From an uncultured delta proteobacterium (GTDB lineage: Bacteria; Desulfobacterota; Binatia; UBA9968): 64,000 bases of DNA. Within the stretch, counting starts at the first letter, position 1. Each line of letters opens with the position of its first letter. Under the pieces are notes generated by a model. The model was not told the DNA's origin, did no database searches, and worked only from the letters and a program-made list of their open reading frames with translations. The stretch is from the NCBI GenBank assembly GCA_963847445.1, contig CAWJZV010000030.1, positions 96,001 through 160,000 of the forward strand, read 5' to 3'. The position numbers and the translations under genes are program-made. This document shows, in pieces, positions 21,693 through 33,056 of this stretch.

Positions 21693-22809
21693 CTACGCCC
21701 CGAGCAACTTGCGCGCGAACGCGGCGGCGGGCTCGCGCACTTTGTTGATCTTTTCTTCGGATTGATTTTCGTACTTGTAGAACTGGTCCGGCGTCAGGAA
21801 ATCTTTGGCCGCGATAACCCCATAGTCTTGCAGCCACTTGGTATCGATCTCCAAGTCGCCGGCTGCCCACACCCATGCCGCGGCCGAACACTTCCTGGCC
21901 GTCGCGGCTGAGCAGCCAGTTGACGAACACTTTGGTGGCATTGGGATGAGGATTATTTTTGAGAATCGGTCAGATGACCGTAGCCGCCGCTAATGTAGAG
22001 CCCCTCTTTCGGCACTGGCAACGGCGCTACCGGAAGATTGGCTTTGATAAACGGCTGGAATTCCGAATAGCCGATGCCGGAAGTGACGGCGATCTTACCC
22101 CTCGCGAGATTCTCCGCCAACAGACGCAGGTCCCGGGTGATAAAAAGTTTTTGCGCCGACCAGTTTTCGCAGATACTCCTCGCCCTTGATGTAATGCATA
22201 TACGACCACATCGACGAACCGGAACCGGGCGTGCGCGGATCGCTGATGCCGATCTTGCCTTGCAGTTTCGGACTCAAGTAGATCGTCGAAGGATTTGAAC
22301 TCGCTGGGTTTGTACTGATTCGGATCGCTCCACAGACTGACGGTTTGATAGGCGACGAAGTTGTAGATGTAGCGTCTTGGCGTTGTCGATATAGATATGG
22401 CCGCCCCACCAATGTTTGGGGTCGCGCACTTCCGGCAAAATCAGATAGGGATCGATGGCGTCGAGAATGTTCTCCGGCAGCATGGCGGTGATCACCGACT
22501 CGGTGCCGCCGATATGCAGATCGAAATACTGCACGCCGGCCTTGGCCTCGCTGACGATGCGTTGCACCACCGCGCCGCCGCGCGCCGGCACGAACTCGGT
22601 GGCGATGCCGTAGCGCCGGCTAAACGCGATCTCCATGAGCTTGCGCAGCTCCGGCGTCGGCGGAATCGAAGCGACCACCTTGCCTTCCTTCTTGGCCGCT
22701 TCAAGATTTTGTCCCACTCGGCCTGACGAAACTGTGGGCTCTGCGCCGATAACGATGAAGCGCTCAAAAGCGCCAAAGCCAACGATGCCAATGATGATAA
22801 TTTCTTCAT
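21693..22809 (-). CDS. Extracellular solute-binding protein paralog A (indels)
   Basis: Signal peptide; AAKKEGKVV, DLHIGG, WWGGH, DPRTPGSG, VNWLLSRDGQ. Confidence 0.88.
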
Positions 22810-22847
22810 GTTTCCACTCACCAATGAAGAGTTCCTAGATCTCCCCG

Positions 22848-23962
22848 CTACTTGAACAATTTCTCCGCCAGATTGCATAGCCGGTTTGCGATACTTGAAG
22901 ACGACCTCTTCAGAGCCGTTCTCCAACTCATCGAACTTTTCCGGTGTAAGAACTTCCTTGGCCGACGGGTGACCGAACTCTCTGGTCCACTTGGTATCGA
23001 CGTCGAAGCGCCGCGTCGGCTGTCCCAATGCCTTGGTGAGCGCGCTCTGGCCTTCTCTGGACAGCAGCCAGTTGACGAATACCTTGGCTGCATTGGGATG
23101 AGCTTGATTTTTCAACACCGCCAGATTGCCGCTACCCGTGCCGGCGTAATAGCCCTCTTTGATGTTCGAAATCGACTTGACCGGCAGCCCAGCTTTGATG
23201 AACGGCAGATAGGTGTAATAGGAGACGCCGATGGAGACCGCGGACTTGCCGCGCGCCACCGCCTCGCCGAGCTGGCGCAGGTTACGTCCGACCATCATCT
23301 CCTGCGCCGCGAGCTTGGCGAGAAACTGTTCGCCTTTGATCTTCAGTAGAAAAGCCCAATTCGATTCTCCCGAGCCCGGCGAACGCGGGTCCAGGATCGC
23401 GATCTTTCCCTTCCACTTCGGATCCAACAAACTGTCCCACGAGTTGATTTCTTCCGGCTTGACCAGCGTCGAGTTGTACCAGATGGTCTCGGTCATGTAG
23501 GCGGTAAAGCTATAAACGTAACGCTTGGCATTGTCGGCCCAGATATGGCCGCCCCACCAGTGCTTCGGGTCCCTGACTTCGGGAAGGATCATCGACGGCA
23601 TCACCGGATCCAAGAAATTCGGCCCCAGCAGACCGGTGATTATCGAAGTGGTGCCGCCGATATGCAGATCGATGGAGCGCACGCCGGCGTTTTGCTCTTC
23701 GGCGATTTTATTAATATTACTCGCGCCGCGCGCGACGTTGAGCTCGAGCTCGATGCCCGGATAGGCTTTTTGAAAACCGCTTTCGAATTCCTTGCGCAGC
23801 TCGGCACTGGTGGGAATCGACACAACGACGCGCCCTTCTTTTTTCGCGGCTTCAACGACCTTGTCCCATTCGGGGTTTTTCGTTTGCGCGAAACCGGGTG
23901 CGGCAAGCAACAGCGCGAGCGATCAGAAGATGCGTCAGTGTCGCGATTCGAGTTTGAATCAT
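22848..23962 (-). CDS. Extracellular solute-binding protein paralog B (indels at both ends)
   Basis: AAKKEGRVV, DLHIGG, WWGGHIWADN, DPKWKGKI, HPNAAKVFVNWLLSREGQ. Confidence 0.9.
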
Positions 23963-23978
23963 GGAATCACCTCCTAAC

Positions 23979-25093
23979 CTAGACAGTTTGCGCGCCAACG
24001 CCGCGGCGGGCTCGCGCCACCGATTGATCTTTTCTTCGGATTGATTTTGGCGTTTGTAGTATTGCTCGACGGTCAGATGATCTTTCGCCGGCAGGACGCC
24101 GAACTCGCGCAGCCACTTGGTGTCGACGTCCAGCCGCCGCGTCGGTTGATGCATCGCCCGGGTGTAAACATCCTGGCCTTCCCGGCTCAAGAACCAGTTG
24201 AGAAACAAGCCGCGCGGCATTGGGATGCGGGGCGTTTTTCAAGACGACTGACATGGCCGCTGCCGCCGGCGACGTACATACCTTCCTTGGGAGCCGGCAG
24301 CGGCGCCACCGGCAAACCCGCTTTGATGAACGGCGTGTAGGAGTAATAGCTGAGCCCGAGTACGAGAGCGATATTGCCCTTGGCGAGAATTTCCGCCAGG
24401 ACGCGTTGATCGCGGCTCAAGGCGAGCTTCTGGCCAACCAGCTTGCGCAGGTAATCTTCGCCCTTCACCTCGCGAAGATAGGACCACAGCGACGCCCCCG
24501 AACCGGGTGTGCGCGGATCGAGAAAGCCGATCTTGCCTCTTAATTTTTCATCGAGCAGGTCGTCGAAGCTGCGCACGTCTTCTGCTTTCATCAATTGGGA
24601 ATTAAACCACAGACTCTCCGGCTGGTAGGCCAGGGTGCTATAGACAAATTTCTTCGCGTTGTCGACCCAGATATGGCCGCCCCACCACTGTTTCGGGTCT
24701 TTAACTTCGGGCAGCATCATGTAGGGTTCCAGCGGATCGACAACTCCTTCCGGCAACATACCCGTAACCACCGATTCACTGCCGCCCATGTGCAGGTCGG
24801 TATAGCGCACGCCCGCCTTGGCCTCGTCGACCATCTTGCGCACCACGATCGATGCCCGGCCGACTATCGGGCTCGACATCGATGCCGTAACGTTTCTCGA
24901 AAAGTCGCTCGATGGCGGCGCGCAACTCGTTGCTTGCCGGCAGCGACACCACCACCTTGCCTTCTTTCTTGGCCGCTTCGACCAGCTTGTCCCATTCGGG
25001 ATTCTTGCTCTGCGGGGAGACCTGCGGCACAAAAAACACCCCGCACAAGATCGACAACCACAGCGCAAATAACCCCGTCTGAGCGCGTCGCAT
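23979..25093 (-). CDS. Extracellular solute-binding protein paralog C (indels)
   Basis: Same motifs; highly similar to paralog D. Confidence 0.88.
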
Positions 25094-25106
25094 CGAATCG
25101 CCCTCC

Positions 25107-26232
25107 TTAGCCGAGCAGTTTTCGCGCCAACGCCGCCGCCGGTTCACGCAGCCGATTGATCTTTTCTTCCGATTGATTTTCACGCTTGTAGTACTGATCG
25201 ATGGTCAATGTGTCTTTCGCCGGCAGTACACCGAACTCGCGCAGCCACTTGGTGTCGACGTCAAGGCGCCGCGTCGGCTGATGCATCGCCTTGGTGTAAA
25301 CTTCCTGGCCTTCCCGGCTCATGAACCAGTTGAGAAATAGCCGCGTCGGCGTTGGGATGGGGCGCATTCTTCAAGACCACCAAATGGCCGCTGCCGCCGC
25401 TGACATAGACGCCTTCTTTGGGCACCGGCAACGGCTCCACCGGCAAGCCCGCTTTGATGAACGGCGCGTAGGAATAGTAAGTGAGGCCCAAGACCAGCGC
25501 GATTTTGCCCTTGGCGAGAATCTCCGCCAAGACGCGTTGGTCGCGGCTCAAAGACAACTTCTGGCCGACCAGCTTGCGCAGGTAGTCCTCTCCCTTCACC
25601 TCTCTCAGATAAGACCACATGGACGCCCCCGACCCGGGTGTGCGCGGATCGAGTATGCCGATTCTGCCTTTCAATTTTTCATCGAGCAGGTCGTCGAAGC
25701 TGCGCACATCCGAGGCTTTCATCAGTTGGGAGTTGAACCAGAGGCTTTCCGACTGATAGGCCAAAGTGGAATAGACAAATTTTTTCGGATTGTCGACCCA
25801 AATGTGACCGCCCCACCACTGCTTGGGATCTCTCACTTCGGGAAGCAGCATGTAAGACTCCAAGGGATCGATGATGCCCTCGGGTAACATACCGGTCACC
25901 ACCGACTCGCTGCCGCCCATGTGCAGATCGACGTAGCGCACGCCCGCTTTGGACTCGTCGATCATTTTGCGCACCACGGTGGAGGCCCGCCCAACGATCG
26001 GTTCGACATCGATGCCGTAGCGCTTTTCGAAAAGTCGCTCGATGCCGGCGCGCAGCTCGGCGCTCGCCGGCAAGGACACCACCACCTTGCCCTCTTTTTT
26101 CGCCAGTTCGATGGTTCGGTCCCACTCGGCTTGCCAAGCCGGCTTTGCCGTCTGCGCGCCGGTGACAATCGGCGAGGCAAGGATGCAAGACAACGTAAGG
26201 CAGATGCGGAGTTTTATGAGAAGTTTTCCCAT
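25107..26232 (-). CDS. Extracellular solute-binding protein paralog D (one indel)
   Basis: AKKEGKVVV, DLHMGG, WWGGHIWVDN, DPRTPGSG, FLNWFMSREGQ. Confidence 0.9.
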
Positions 26233-26269
26233 GTCTTGGTCAGCCGTTAGGTCAGAAATGAATCATTTT

Positions 26270-26370
26270 GCTCACCGCGAAGGACACGAAGATCGAAGCG
26301 GGCGGGTTTGAAACCCGCCCCGACATTTCGTCATTCTTTCTTGTGCACTTTGCGTTCTTTGCGGCCAATT
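26270..26370. repeat. Composite REP-like element containing GGGCGGGTTTGAAACCCGCCC palindrome
   Basis: Perfect palindrome at 26300-26320 flanked by CACGAAG- and TTTGCG-type arms. Confidence 0.7.
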
Positions 26371-26380
26371 CTCCGGTCTC

Positions 26381-27496
26381 TTACAAGCCCGCGTAATCGA
26401 AGCGCGGCATCTCCGACGGCACACCAAGTTTCTTGATGGCCGCCTCGAAGTCGATGCGAAACTGCGGGTCTTCATCCTCGTATTCGATCAGGGTGCCGCC
26501 TTCGCGGGTGCTGGTGCGCACGCCTTCTTTGTTGATCGCGCGCCAGCAGCCGAGCAGATATTTCCCCGACTGGCCGCTATAGCGAAACGCCAGCTGGCGC
26601 GCCTGCTCGTTACCGGTGTTGAAATGTTGATGGAACCAGCCGCTCGGCGGGCTAAAGACGCTGCCTTCGCGCCAGTCGACGCGCACGACTTTATCGGCGT
26701 TACCGTTCTTATAAGGACGCAAGCCAGCCTCCTGCGGCCACATGAGCGTGTAACCCTGGGAACGCAGGATCAGCAAGATCGCGCCGCCCTGGTGAAAATG
26801 CGCCTTATGATAGCGCCCCACCGGCCACTCGGCGATGTGTCCGACCAGGGTGCTGCCGCCCATGTCGAAGGAAGTGATCTTGACGCCGAAGCCTTTGGCT
26901 TCCGAGGGATCGACTAAAGCGCCGCGGGCGTCGGCGATGAAGTTGGTTTCCCAATTGATAAAACCGCCGAGCTCCTTGCGCGAGTTGGTCGGCACGAAGT
27001 AATTGCTCTCGGCGTCGAAGCGGTCGCCAAACTTGTAATCGCTGCCCATGACGAATGGAATATTGTGCAGCAGATCGATCATCAGCGGCGCGCTGGTGAC
27101 GGCGAGAAAAAACACCGGCTCTTTGCTGCCGTTGATCATCCGATGGCGGGTATTGAGCGGAATGGCGAACAGGCTGCCCTGTTGCCATTCGAAATGCATT
27201 TTGCGTTTTTCTTCACCGGCGGACCAAAGTTCAGTGGCGCCGATGCCCTTGATAATGTAAATCAATTCTTCGTAGAGATGATTTTCCGCATTGAGCGCGG
27301 CGCCGGCAGGAATCTCGCTGACATACATGCCGGTGAAACCTTCCATCCCTTTCAAGTCGATGAACGCCCCCTTGCCGCCGGTGCGCTGCCAAGGTTGCAG
27401 CGCCAATTGCGTCACATCCTCGACGCCGTAGCCCTCGACCACCGGAATCGCCTCTTGTCGCATCCATATTTCATAACTGGTATCGCGTTTCGCCAC
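26381..27496 (-). CDS. Bicupin protein #2 (paralog of 19060-20205)
   Basis: ENHLYEE...FAIPLNTRHRM; GHIAEWPVGRYHKAHFHQGGA; PPSGWFHQHFN. Confidence 0.87.
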   Translation of the reverse strand: MAKRDTSYEIWMRQEAIPVVEGYGVEDVTQLALQPWQRTGGKGAFIDLKGMEGFTGMYVSEIPAGAALNAENHLYEELIYIIKGIGATELWSAGEEKRKMHFEWQQGSLFAIPLNTRHRMINGSKEPVFFLAVTSAPLMIDLLHNIPFVMGSDYKFGDRFDAESNYFVPTNSRKELGGFINWETNFIADARGALVDPSEAKGFGVKITSFDMGGSTLVGHIAEWPVGRYHKAHFHQGGAILLILRSQGYTLMWPQEAGLRPYKNGNADKVVRVDWREGSVFSPPSGWFHQHFNTGNEQARQLAFRYSGQSGKYLLGCWRAINKEGVRTSTREGGTLIEYEDEDPQFRIDFEAAIKKLGVPSEMPRFDYAGL

Positions 27497-27498
27497 CG

Positions 27499-29085
27499 TC
27501 AGTGTCCTTTCACTTCTTTATGTTGAAAATAATCGCCCTGCACGACTTTCTCGGCGAGACGATCGTCTTCGTCATCCCACAGACCCAGCGGATAACCGTA
27601 CCAGGGCGTTTTCAAATTCAATTTTGGCATTTCCGCTTCCTGCCAAATTTTTAGCGCCTGTTCCATGTAGGATTTTTTCGGCAACCCCACCGGTGGAAAC
27701 GGTCCTTTCCGCGTGGCGTCAATCAACAAACCGGAACAGCCCACGGCGCCGGGAAAACTGCGCTCTTCGCGGCCGCGCATGAGCGAGTGCGCCGACGGAT
27801 CGAGCAGCGGCGAGCGGCCGGTGCTGATCTCGACATCCTGATGCGGCTGCATGGCAAAACTCATCGCCCACATCACCATGTCGGGATCTTTCGGGTCGAT
27901 ATCCTCGTCGACGACGATGATCATCTTGCTGGTCGGGTCCATGCCGGAGGCCGCGTGCAAAGCTTGCCGCGGCTTGCTCGGATGGCTCTTGCTCATGCGG
28001 ATCACCCACCAGTTCCAGCCGCCGCCCATTTCCGGGCAGGCGACTTCGAGAACCTCCGGCATGGCGCAGCTGTAGCGGAGAAAATTGTAGAGCATCATCT
28101 CGCGGCAGGTGCGCGAGATGCCGTTGGACTCGCTCGGCGGCAGGCCGACGAGGATCGCCGTGAAGATGGCATTGCGCCGCATGGTGATCGCTGTGACTTC
28201 GATCACCGAGCGAAATTCCCGCTCGACCATCAGATAACCTGGGTAGTCGCTGAACGGTTCGCCGCGCTCCTTGCGCTCGATGGAGATTTCGCCCTCGATG
28301 ATGATCTCGGCCTCGGCTGGAACTTCCAATGGAATCGTCTTGCAGGCACGACGTCAACCGGTCTGCCGCGAATGCCGCCGGCGACGGCGAGCTCATCGAC
28401 GCCGTAGGGCAGATTGGCCGCCGAGACGAAAGTAACATCGGGCAATGAGCCGAGCACGATCGCCACCGGCAGCGGCTCCTTGTGGCTGCACCGCGCTGCG
28501 ATGGTGATAAAGCATGGCATGATGCACCGGCGCGATGCCGGCGATCAGATGATGATCGCTGCGGAAGTGGCCGCTGTACATGCCGACGTTGCGCACGCCG
28601 GACTCGCGGATCGACGGTGATGAACGGCGCGGTGGCGCGAATGCCGCCGCTGAATCCCGGCTCTTCCACCGGCGCCGGCAAACCGGTGACGCCGAATTTT
28701 TTCAGCTCTTCGCCGCTATAAACGATCTCTTGAACCGGCGCGCTGGCGACCCGGCGCGGCTCGATCGGCTTCGCCAGGGCGTTGCGCCACTTTTCGTAGA
28801 TTTCTAACGGCTGCTCGCAGCCCAGACCGAGCGCGGCGATCTCCCGCGACGAGCCGTAGACTCCGGTGGCGACGCGCAGGTCATGTTTCTTGCCGCGGCT
28901 GTCGAAAACGTTTTCATATAAAAACGCTTGGCGCTGGTCGTCGGCGATGCCGCGGTACTGCAGCCGCATCAGAGGCATCAGCTCGCTATCCTTGTTCACC
29001 GGTCGAGTCCAACGATGGAGTTTGCCGCGTCGCTTCCAGCGCCTTAAGATAATCGCGGAAATCCGCAGAAATACTCTCCTGCCAT
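27499..29085 (-). CDS. UbiD-family protein #3 with non-canonical active-site motifs (indels)
   Basis: DFRDYL, LEVPAEAEIIIEG, IIVVDEDIDP..MVMWAMS; NVGMYSG instead of NxGxYR and GEPFSD instead of EGPFxE. Confidence 0.88.
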
Positions 29086-29120
29086 GCCCCACACTCCTCT
29101 TGGCCGCCGCCGGCTTAAAG

Positions 29121-30263
29121 TTATTTTAGTAACGCCGCCGCCAACTTCTGCGCCGGCTCGCGGACCTTGTCGAGCTTTTCTTCGGATTGGTTCTCGACCT
29201 GGAGAAACTCTTTGACGGTCATCTGATCCTTGGCCGCGATCACGCCGGTTTCGCGCAGCCACTTGGTATCGACATCCAAGCGCCGGGTCGCTTGGCCCAA
29301 CGCTTTGGCAACGATCTCCTGCCCTTCGCGCGACAGCAGCCAATTGACGAAAACTTTCGTCGCATTGGGATGGGCCGGGGTTTTGATGATCGCCAGGTTG
29401 CCGCTGCCACCGGTACCGTAGGTCCCTTCTTTCAGTGCCGGCACCGGTTTGACCGGCAGGCCGGCTTTGATGAACGGCAGCAAGCTGTAAGAGGTCAGAC
29501 CGATCATGACCGCCACTTTGCCCTTGGCGAGATTTTCACCGAGCAGCCGTTGATCGCGGCCGAGGACGATGTCTTGGGCGATGAATTTTTTTAAATACTC
29601 TTCGCCCTTCACCGCCCACATGTGAGCCCAATTGGAATCGCCCGCGCCGGGGGTTCGCGGATCGAGAAAGCCGATCTTGCCTTTCCATTTAGGTTGCAAG
29701 AAATCATCGTAGGAACGGAAGTCGGCCGGTTTCGCCAGATCGGTGTTAATCCAGATGCTCTCGGTGAGATAGGCTTGGAACATGTAAATAAATTTTTGCC
29801 CGTTATCGACCCACATATGGCCGCCCCACCACTGCTTGGGCTCCTTCACCTCGGGCAAAACCAGCCAGGGCTCGATGGCATCGAGAATCCCTTCATCGAG
29901 CATCCCCGACACCGCCGACGACGAACCGCCGATATGCAAATCGAAGTGACGCACGCCGGACTTGAACTCATCGGCCATGCGCCGCACACCAGCACTCCCG
30001 CGCGCGGTGAACACTTCAACTTCGATGCCGAAGCGTTTGCGAAATTGCTCTTCCAACTGCCTACGCAACTCCGCGCTGGCCGGGATCGAGACCGCAACCT
30101 TGCCTTCTTTGCGACCGGCATCGACGATCCGTTCCCAATCCGCAGCGGCAGGTGACTTGGTTGCTTGGCCAAACACCGGTGGCGCGCTGGCGCAAAGCAA
30201 TGCGAGCAGTAAGAAATACAACGCGATCCATCGCGGAAAAATAATTCGGATTTGCTTATTCAC
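29121..30263 (-). CDS. Extracellular solute-binding protein paralog E (intact)
   Basis: Signal peptide; GRKEGKVAV, DLHIGG, WWGGHMWVDN, HPNATKVFVNWLLSREGQ. Confidence 0.92.
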   Translation of the reverse strand: MNKQIRIIFPRWIALYFLLLALLCASAPPVFGQATKSPAAADWERIVDAGRKEGKVAVSIPASAELRRQLEEQFRKRFGIEVEVFTARGSAGVRRMADEFKSGVRHFDLHIGGSSSAVSGMLDEGILDAIEPWLVLPEVKEPKQWWGGHMWVDNGQKFIYMFQAYLTESIWINTDLAKPADFRSYDDFLQPKWKGKIGFLDPRTPGAGDSNWAHMWAVKGEEYLKKFIAQDIVLGRDQRLLGENLAKGKVAVMIGLTSYSLLPFIKAGLPVKPVPALKEGTYGTGGSGNLAIIKTPAHPNATKVFVNWLLSREGQEIVAKALGQATRRLDVDTKWLRETGVIAAKDQMTVKEFLQVENQSEEKLDKVREPAQKLAAALLK

Positions 30264-30303
30264 CAGAACACCTGAGAGCACGCTGATTGGCTGGACTAAT
30301 AAA

Positions 30304-30332
30304 CCTTTAAAAGTAAATATTATATATGTCAA
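30304..30332 (-). promoter_or_regulatory. Putative sigma70 promoter of the 13-kb binding protein/UbiD/cupin operon
   Basis: TTGACA-N17-TAAAGG within a very AT-rich patch. Confidence 0.5.
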
Positions 30333-30399
30333 GTAATAATCGCGTGTTTTATCAAGCACTAGCAACGCGCACCATCCCAACCGCCATCCCAGGAGTCAG

Positions 30400-30672
30400 C
30401 AGAGATTCTTAGCGCAAGTGAGACGAGCTTCTGAATATGTCTATCGCGCTCGAAGCCAGTATCGGAGCAACTGGCCGAACGACTATCGAGGCCGGCTTGC
30501 TGTTATCATTATTGCACAATGGTACGGTTTCGATCGCACGTTTGGCTGGGCAGAAACCGCTGCCGGACGTGTCGAGACCTAGGCTATTCGTGGGGACCAT
30601 ATTTCTTACATGATTGAGCATGTACCACTGGTCGCCAACCAGATACGCGCGTGTCTGGAAAAGGTCGTGTGA
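30400..30672 (+). pseudogene. C-terminal fragment of an NRPS/PKS-type thioesterase domain
   Basis: Frame reads ...PNDYRGRLAVII...DRTFGWAETAAGRVET*AIRGDHISYMIEHVPLVANQIRACLEKVV*; GDH catalytic His motif; in-frame TAG at 30580. Confidence 0.65.
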
Positions 30673-30855
30673 AGAGACATGAGCCGCCAACCGGTTTTGG
30701 CCCTAATCGATTGAAATCTTACCCCGCATGACGGCTTTGGCGCTAACCGTCCTGCGGTTCTGCGCGAAATAACTGCCAAGGTGAAACGGGTTCAAACTCC
30801 GCTAACTTTTTAGTTTTTCACGTCGTGAATTGCGCAACGGAATAAAGCGGCAGTC

Positions 30856-31106
30856 TGAGTTAGCACCGGTTTGACGGACACCTTGGCGAGAGGCAGAAAG
30901 CCCCTTGGAGGTGTTCGATGAAAAAGCGTTGCTGGAGCGACCCAATGCTCACCTCTACGAGACTGGTGGCATGCGTCGGACTCATCTGCGCGGCCAAGAG
31001 CTACAAATCGCAGTTCAAGCGTCAAGCAGTCCGGCTCATGGAGAGTTCGGAGAAGCCTGCATCCGATGTTGCACTGAGGTTAGGCGTCAGACGCAGTTGG
31101 ATGTGA
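30856..31106 (+). mobile_element. Truncated IS3-family element (left end plus start of orfA)
   Basis: Left end TGAGTTAGCACCGGTTTGACGGACACC...GGAGGTGTTCGATG; orfA-like KSYKSQFKRQAVRLMESSEKPASDVALRLGVRR; no integrase region. Confidence 0.7.
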
Positions 31107-31118
31107 AAGGATAGCGAG

Positions 31119-32978
31119 CTATTTCTTTCCCAAGCTCGCCCGTTGATCGGGGCCGCTGTCGGCGTAGCCCGGTTGCACCAGCGAATCGATAAAGTAACGG
31201 CCGCCCTTGGCGACGATCGCCGCGCCTTTCTTTGAGCGCTTTCATCAAGCCGTCGGAAGTTGTGACTGGCGCTTCGCTATCGAAGCCTTGCGCCCGTGCC
31301 ATGGCAACCAGATCCACATGGGGGTGATCGATTTGCTGGCCGATCCAACGGTTCTGCGGCGGACGGCTACGCATATTGGCGACTCGCTCTTGGTGCAACT
31401 CGTCGTTGAAATAAGACCGGTTATCCGCCGCCACGATCATCACCGGAATATTGAAATGAGCGGCGGTCCACAAAGCGTTAACGCCCATGAGATAATCGCC
31501 GTCGCCGATGACACCGATGGTCAGCCGGCCCGGAATCTTTGAGCGCCAGCGCGGCACCGATGGTATGGCCCGGGCCGGTTCCCACCGCGCCGCCGCCGTC
31601 GTTACCCATGAATGATAACGGTCCGTCGAATTCGTAAGCTTCGCCCGGCCAGCCGATCGGCAGACGGGCAAAGGTCACATTCCGCCCTTGGGCAAACTCA
31701 CGGATGGTCATCGCCATGTCCCACATGGTCATCTGGCCTTTGCTGGAGGGTTTGGCGAATTTGCTCGCGTTCCAATGGCTGAGCTCCTTCATCGCTGCCC
31801 GCAGCTTCATTTTCGGCGCCTTCTTGCCACCCAGCGCATCGAGCAATTGCGCGACCAGTTGATCGGGCTCTGCGAGGATCGGAATATCCACCGCAGCAAG
31901 CGCTTGATGATCCATGCTCCAGCCATTGGTCCGGTAGCTATCGACGGAGCAGCTGAACGATGGTTTTCGCCGCCGGCTCCTGAGTCTGCGACTTGCCCAA
32001 GCTCAAACGCAGCACGCCGGCGAGATCGAGCCAATCCAGGCTGATAATCAGATCGGCTTTTTCAATCAACGCCATCGCCGCTTTGTTGGGCCGCACGCAG
32101 GGCGCGGCGAAATGCAGCGGATGGGTGGTGGGAAATGCCGATGGATCGTTGCTGCTGGTCAACACCGCGGCGCCGATCGCTTCGGCAAAGCGCACGCGCC
32201 GATCCCAATCGCCCTGATCGCGCGACACGCGTCCGGCCAAGATCAATGGGAACTGCGCTTGCTCGATGGCCTTCAAGATTTGCTCGATCGATGCCGGTGA
32301 TACCGCCGGTGTCGGTGCCGGCGCGAAACGCGAAGCATCGGGAATGACGATCTCATCGGTGAGCGCCGACTCCTGCAAGCCGGCATCCAGACAGATATAC
32401 ACCGGCCCGCGCGGCGCCGTGCGGGTGATTTGATTGGCGCGCAACACCGACTCCACCGCCGCCTGCGCCGAGGCGGGCTGATCGTCCCACTTTGTGTAAT
32501 CGCGAATCACCGCGCCTTGATCCTTGGAGGTGTGAATCCAGTCGATCCAGGGACGGCGCAGATGCGCATCCACCGGACCTGTGGCGCCAAAGATAATCAT
32601 CGGTGTGCGGTCGCACCAGGCGTTGAAGATCGTCATCGACGCGTGCAAAAGACCGACATTAGCGTGCAACGCCACCGCCATCGGCGTCTCGGTCACCTTG
32701 CCGTAACCGTCGGCGATCGACACCGCATGCTCTTCGTGCAGGCAAATCACCATCTGGGGATTTTCGTTGCCGAGATAATTGACGATACTGTCATGAAAAC
32801 CGCGGTAGCTCGCACCCGGCACCAAAGCGATATATTTGAGATTGAGCCGTCGTGTGGTCTCGGCGACCACGTCGCTGCCCCACTTCATCTGCGGCTTGCC
32901 GAGATTCTCCGGCCGGTCGATGGATGCGCTATTCGATTGACGGCTGCTCGCCTTGAGCGCCTTCTTGGTGGTTTTCAT
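31119..32978 (-). CDS. Thiamine pyrophosphate-binding enzyme (acetolactate synthase-like superfamily; indels)
   Basis: PGASYRGFHDS, CLHEEHAVSIADGY, IGDGDYLMG...ADNRSYFNDE. Confidence 0.92.
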
Positions 32979-33056
32979 TTGTCGCTCCCGCGCCGAATTA
33001 ATTTCGGGTTATGAGGTCCTGGTTGATCATGTTCTCCGGACGATCGAAATGCGGCT

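Noticed and set aside
21693-26232. Assembly-duplicated segment or diversity-generating retroelement-like repeats
   Set aside because: Copies differ at many synonymous sites and have different signal peptides; no reverse transcriptase or adenine-specific variation was seen.
30409-30690. Minus-strand 93-aa ORF from the track
   Set aside because: The opposite strand carries the recognisable thioesterase remnant; this ORF has no features.
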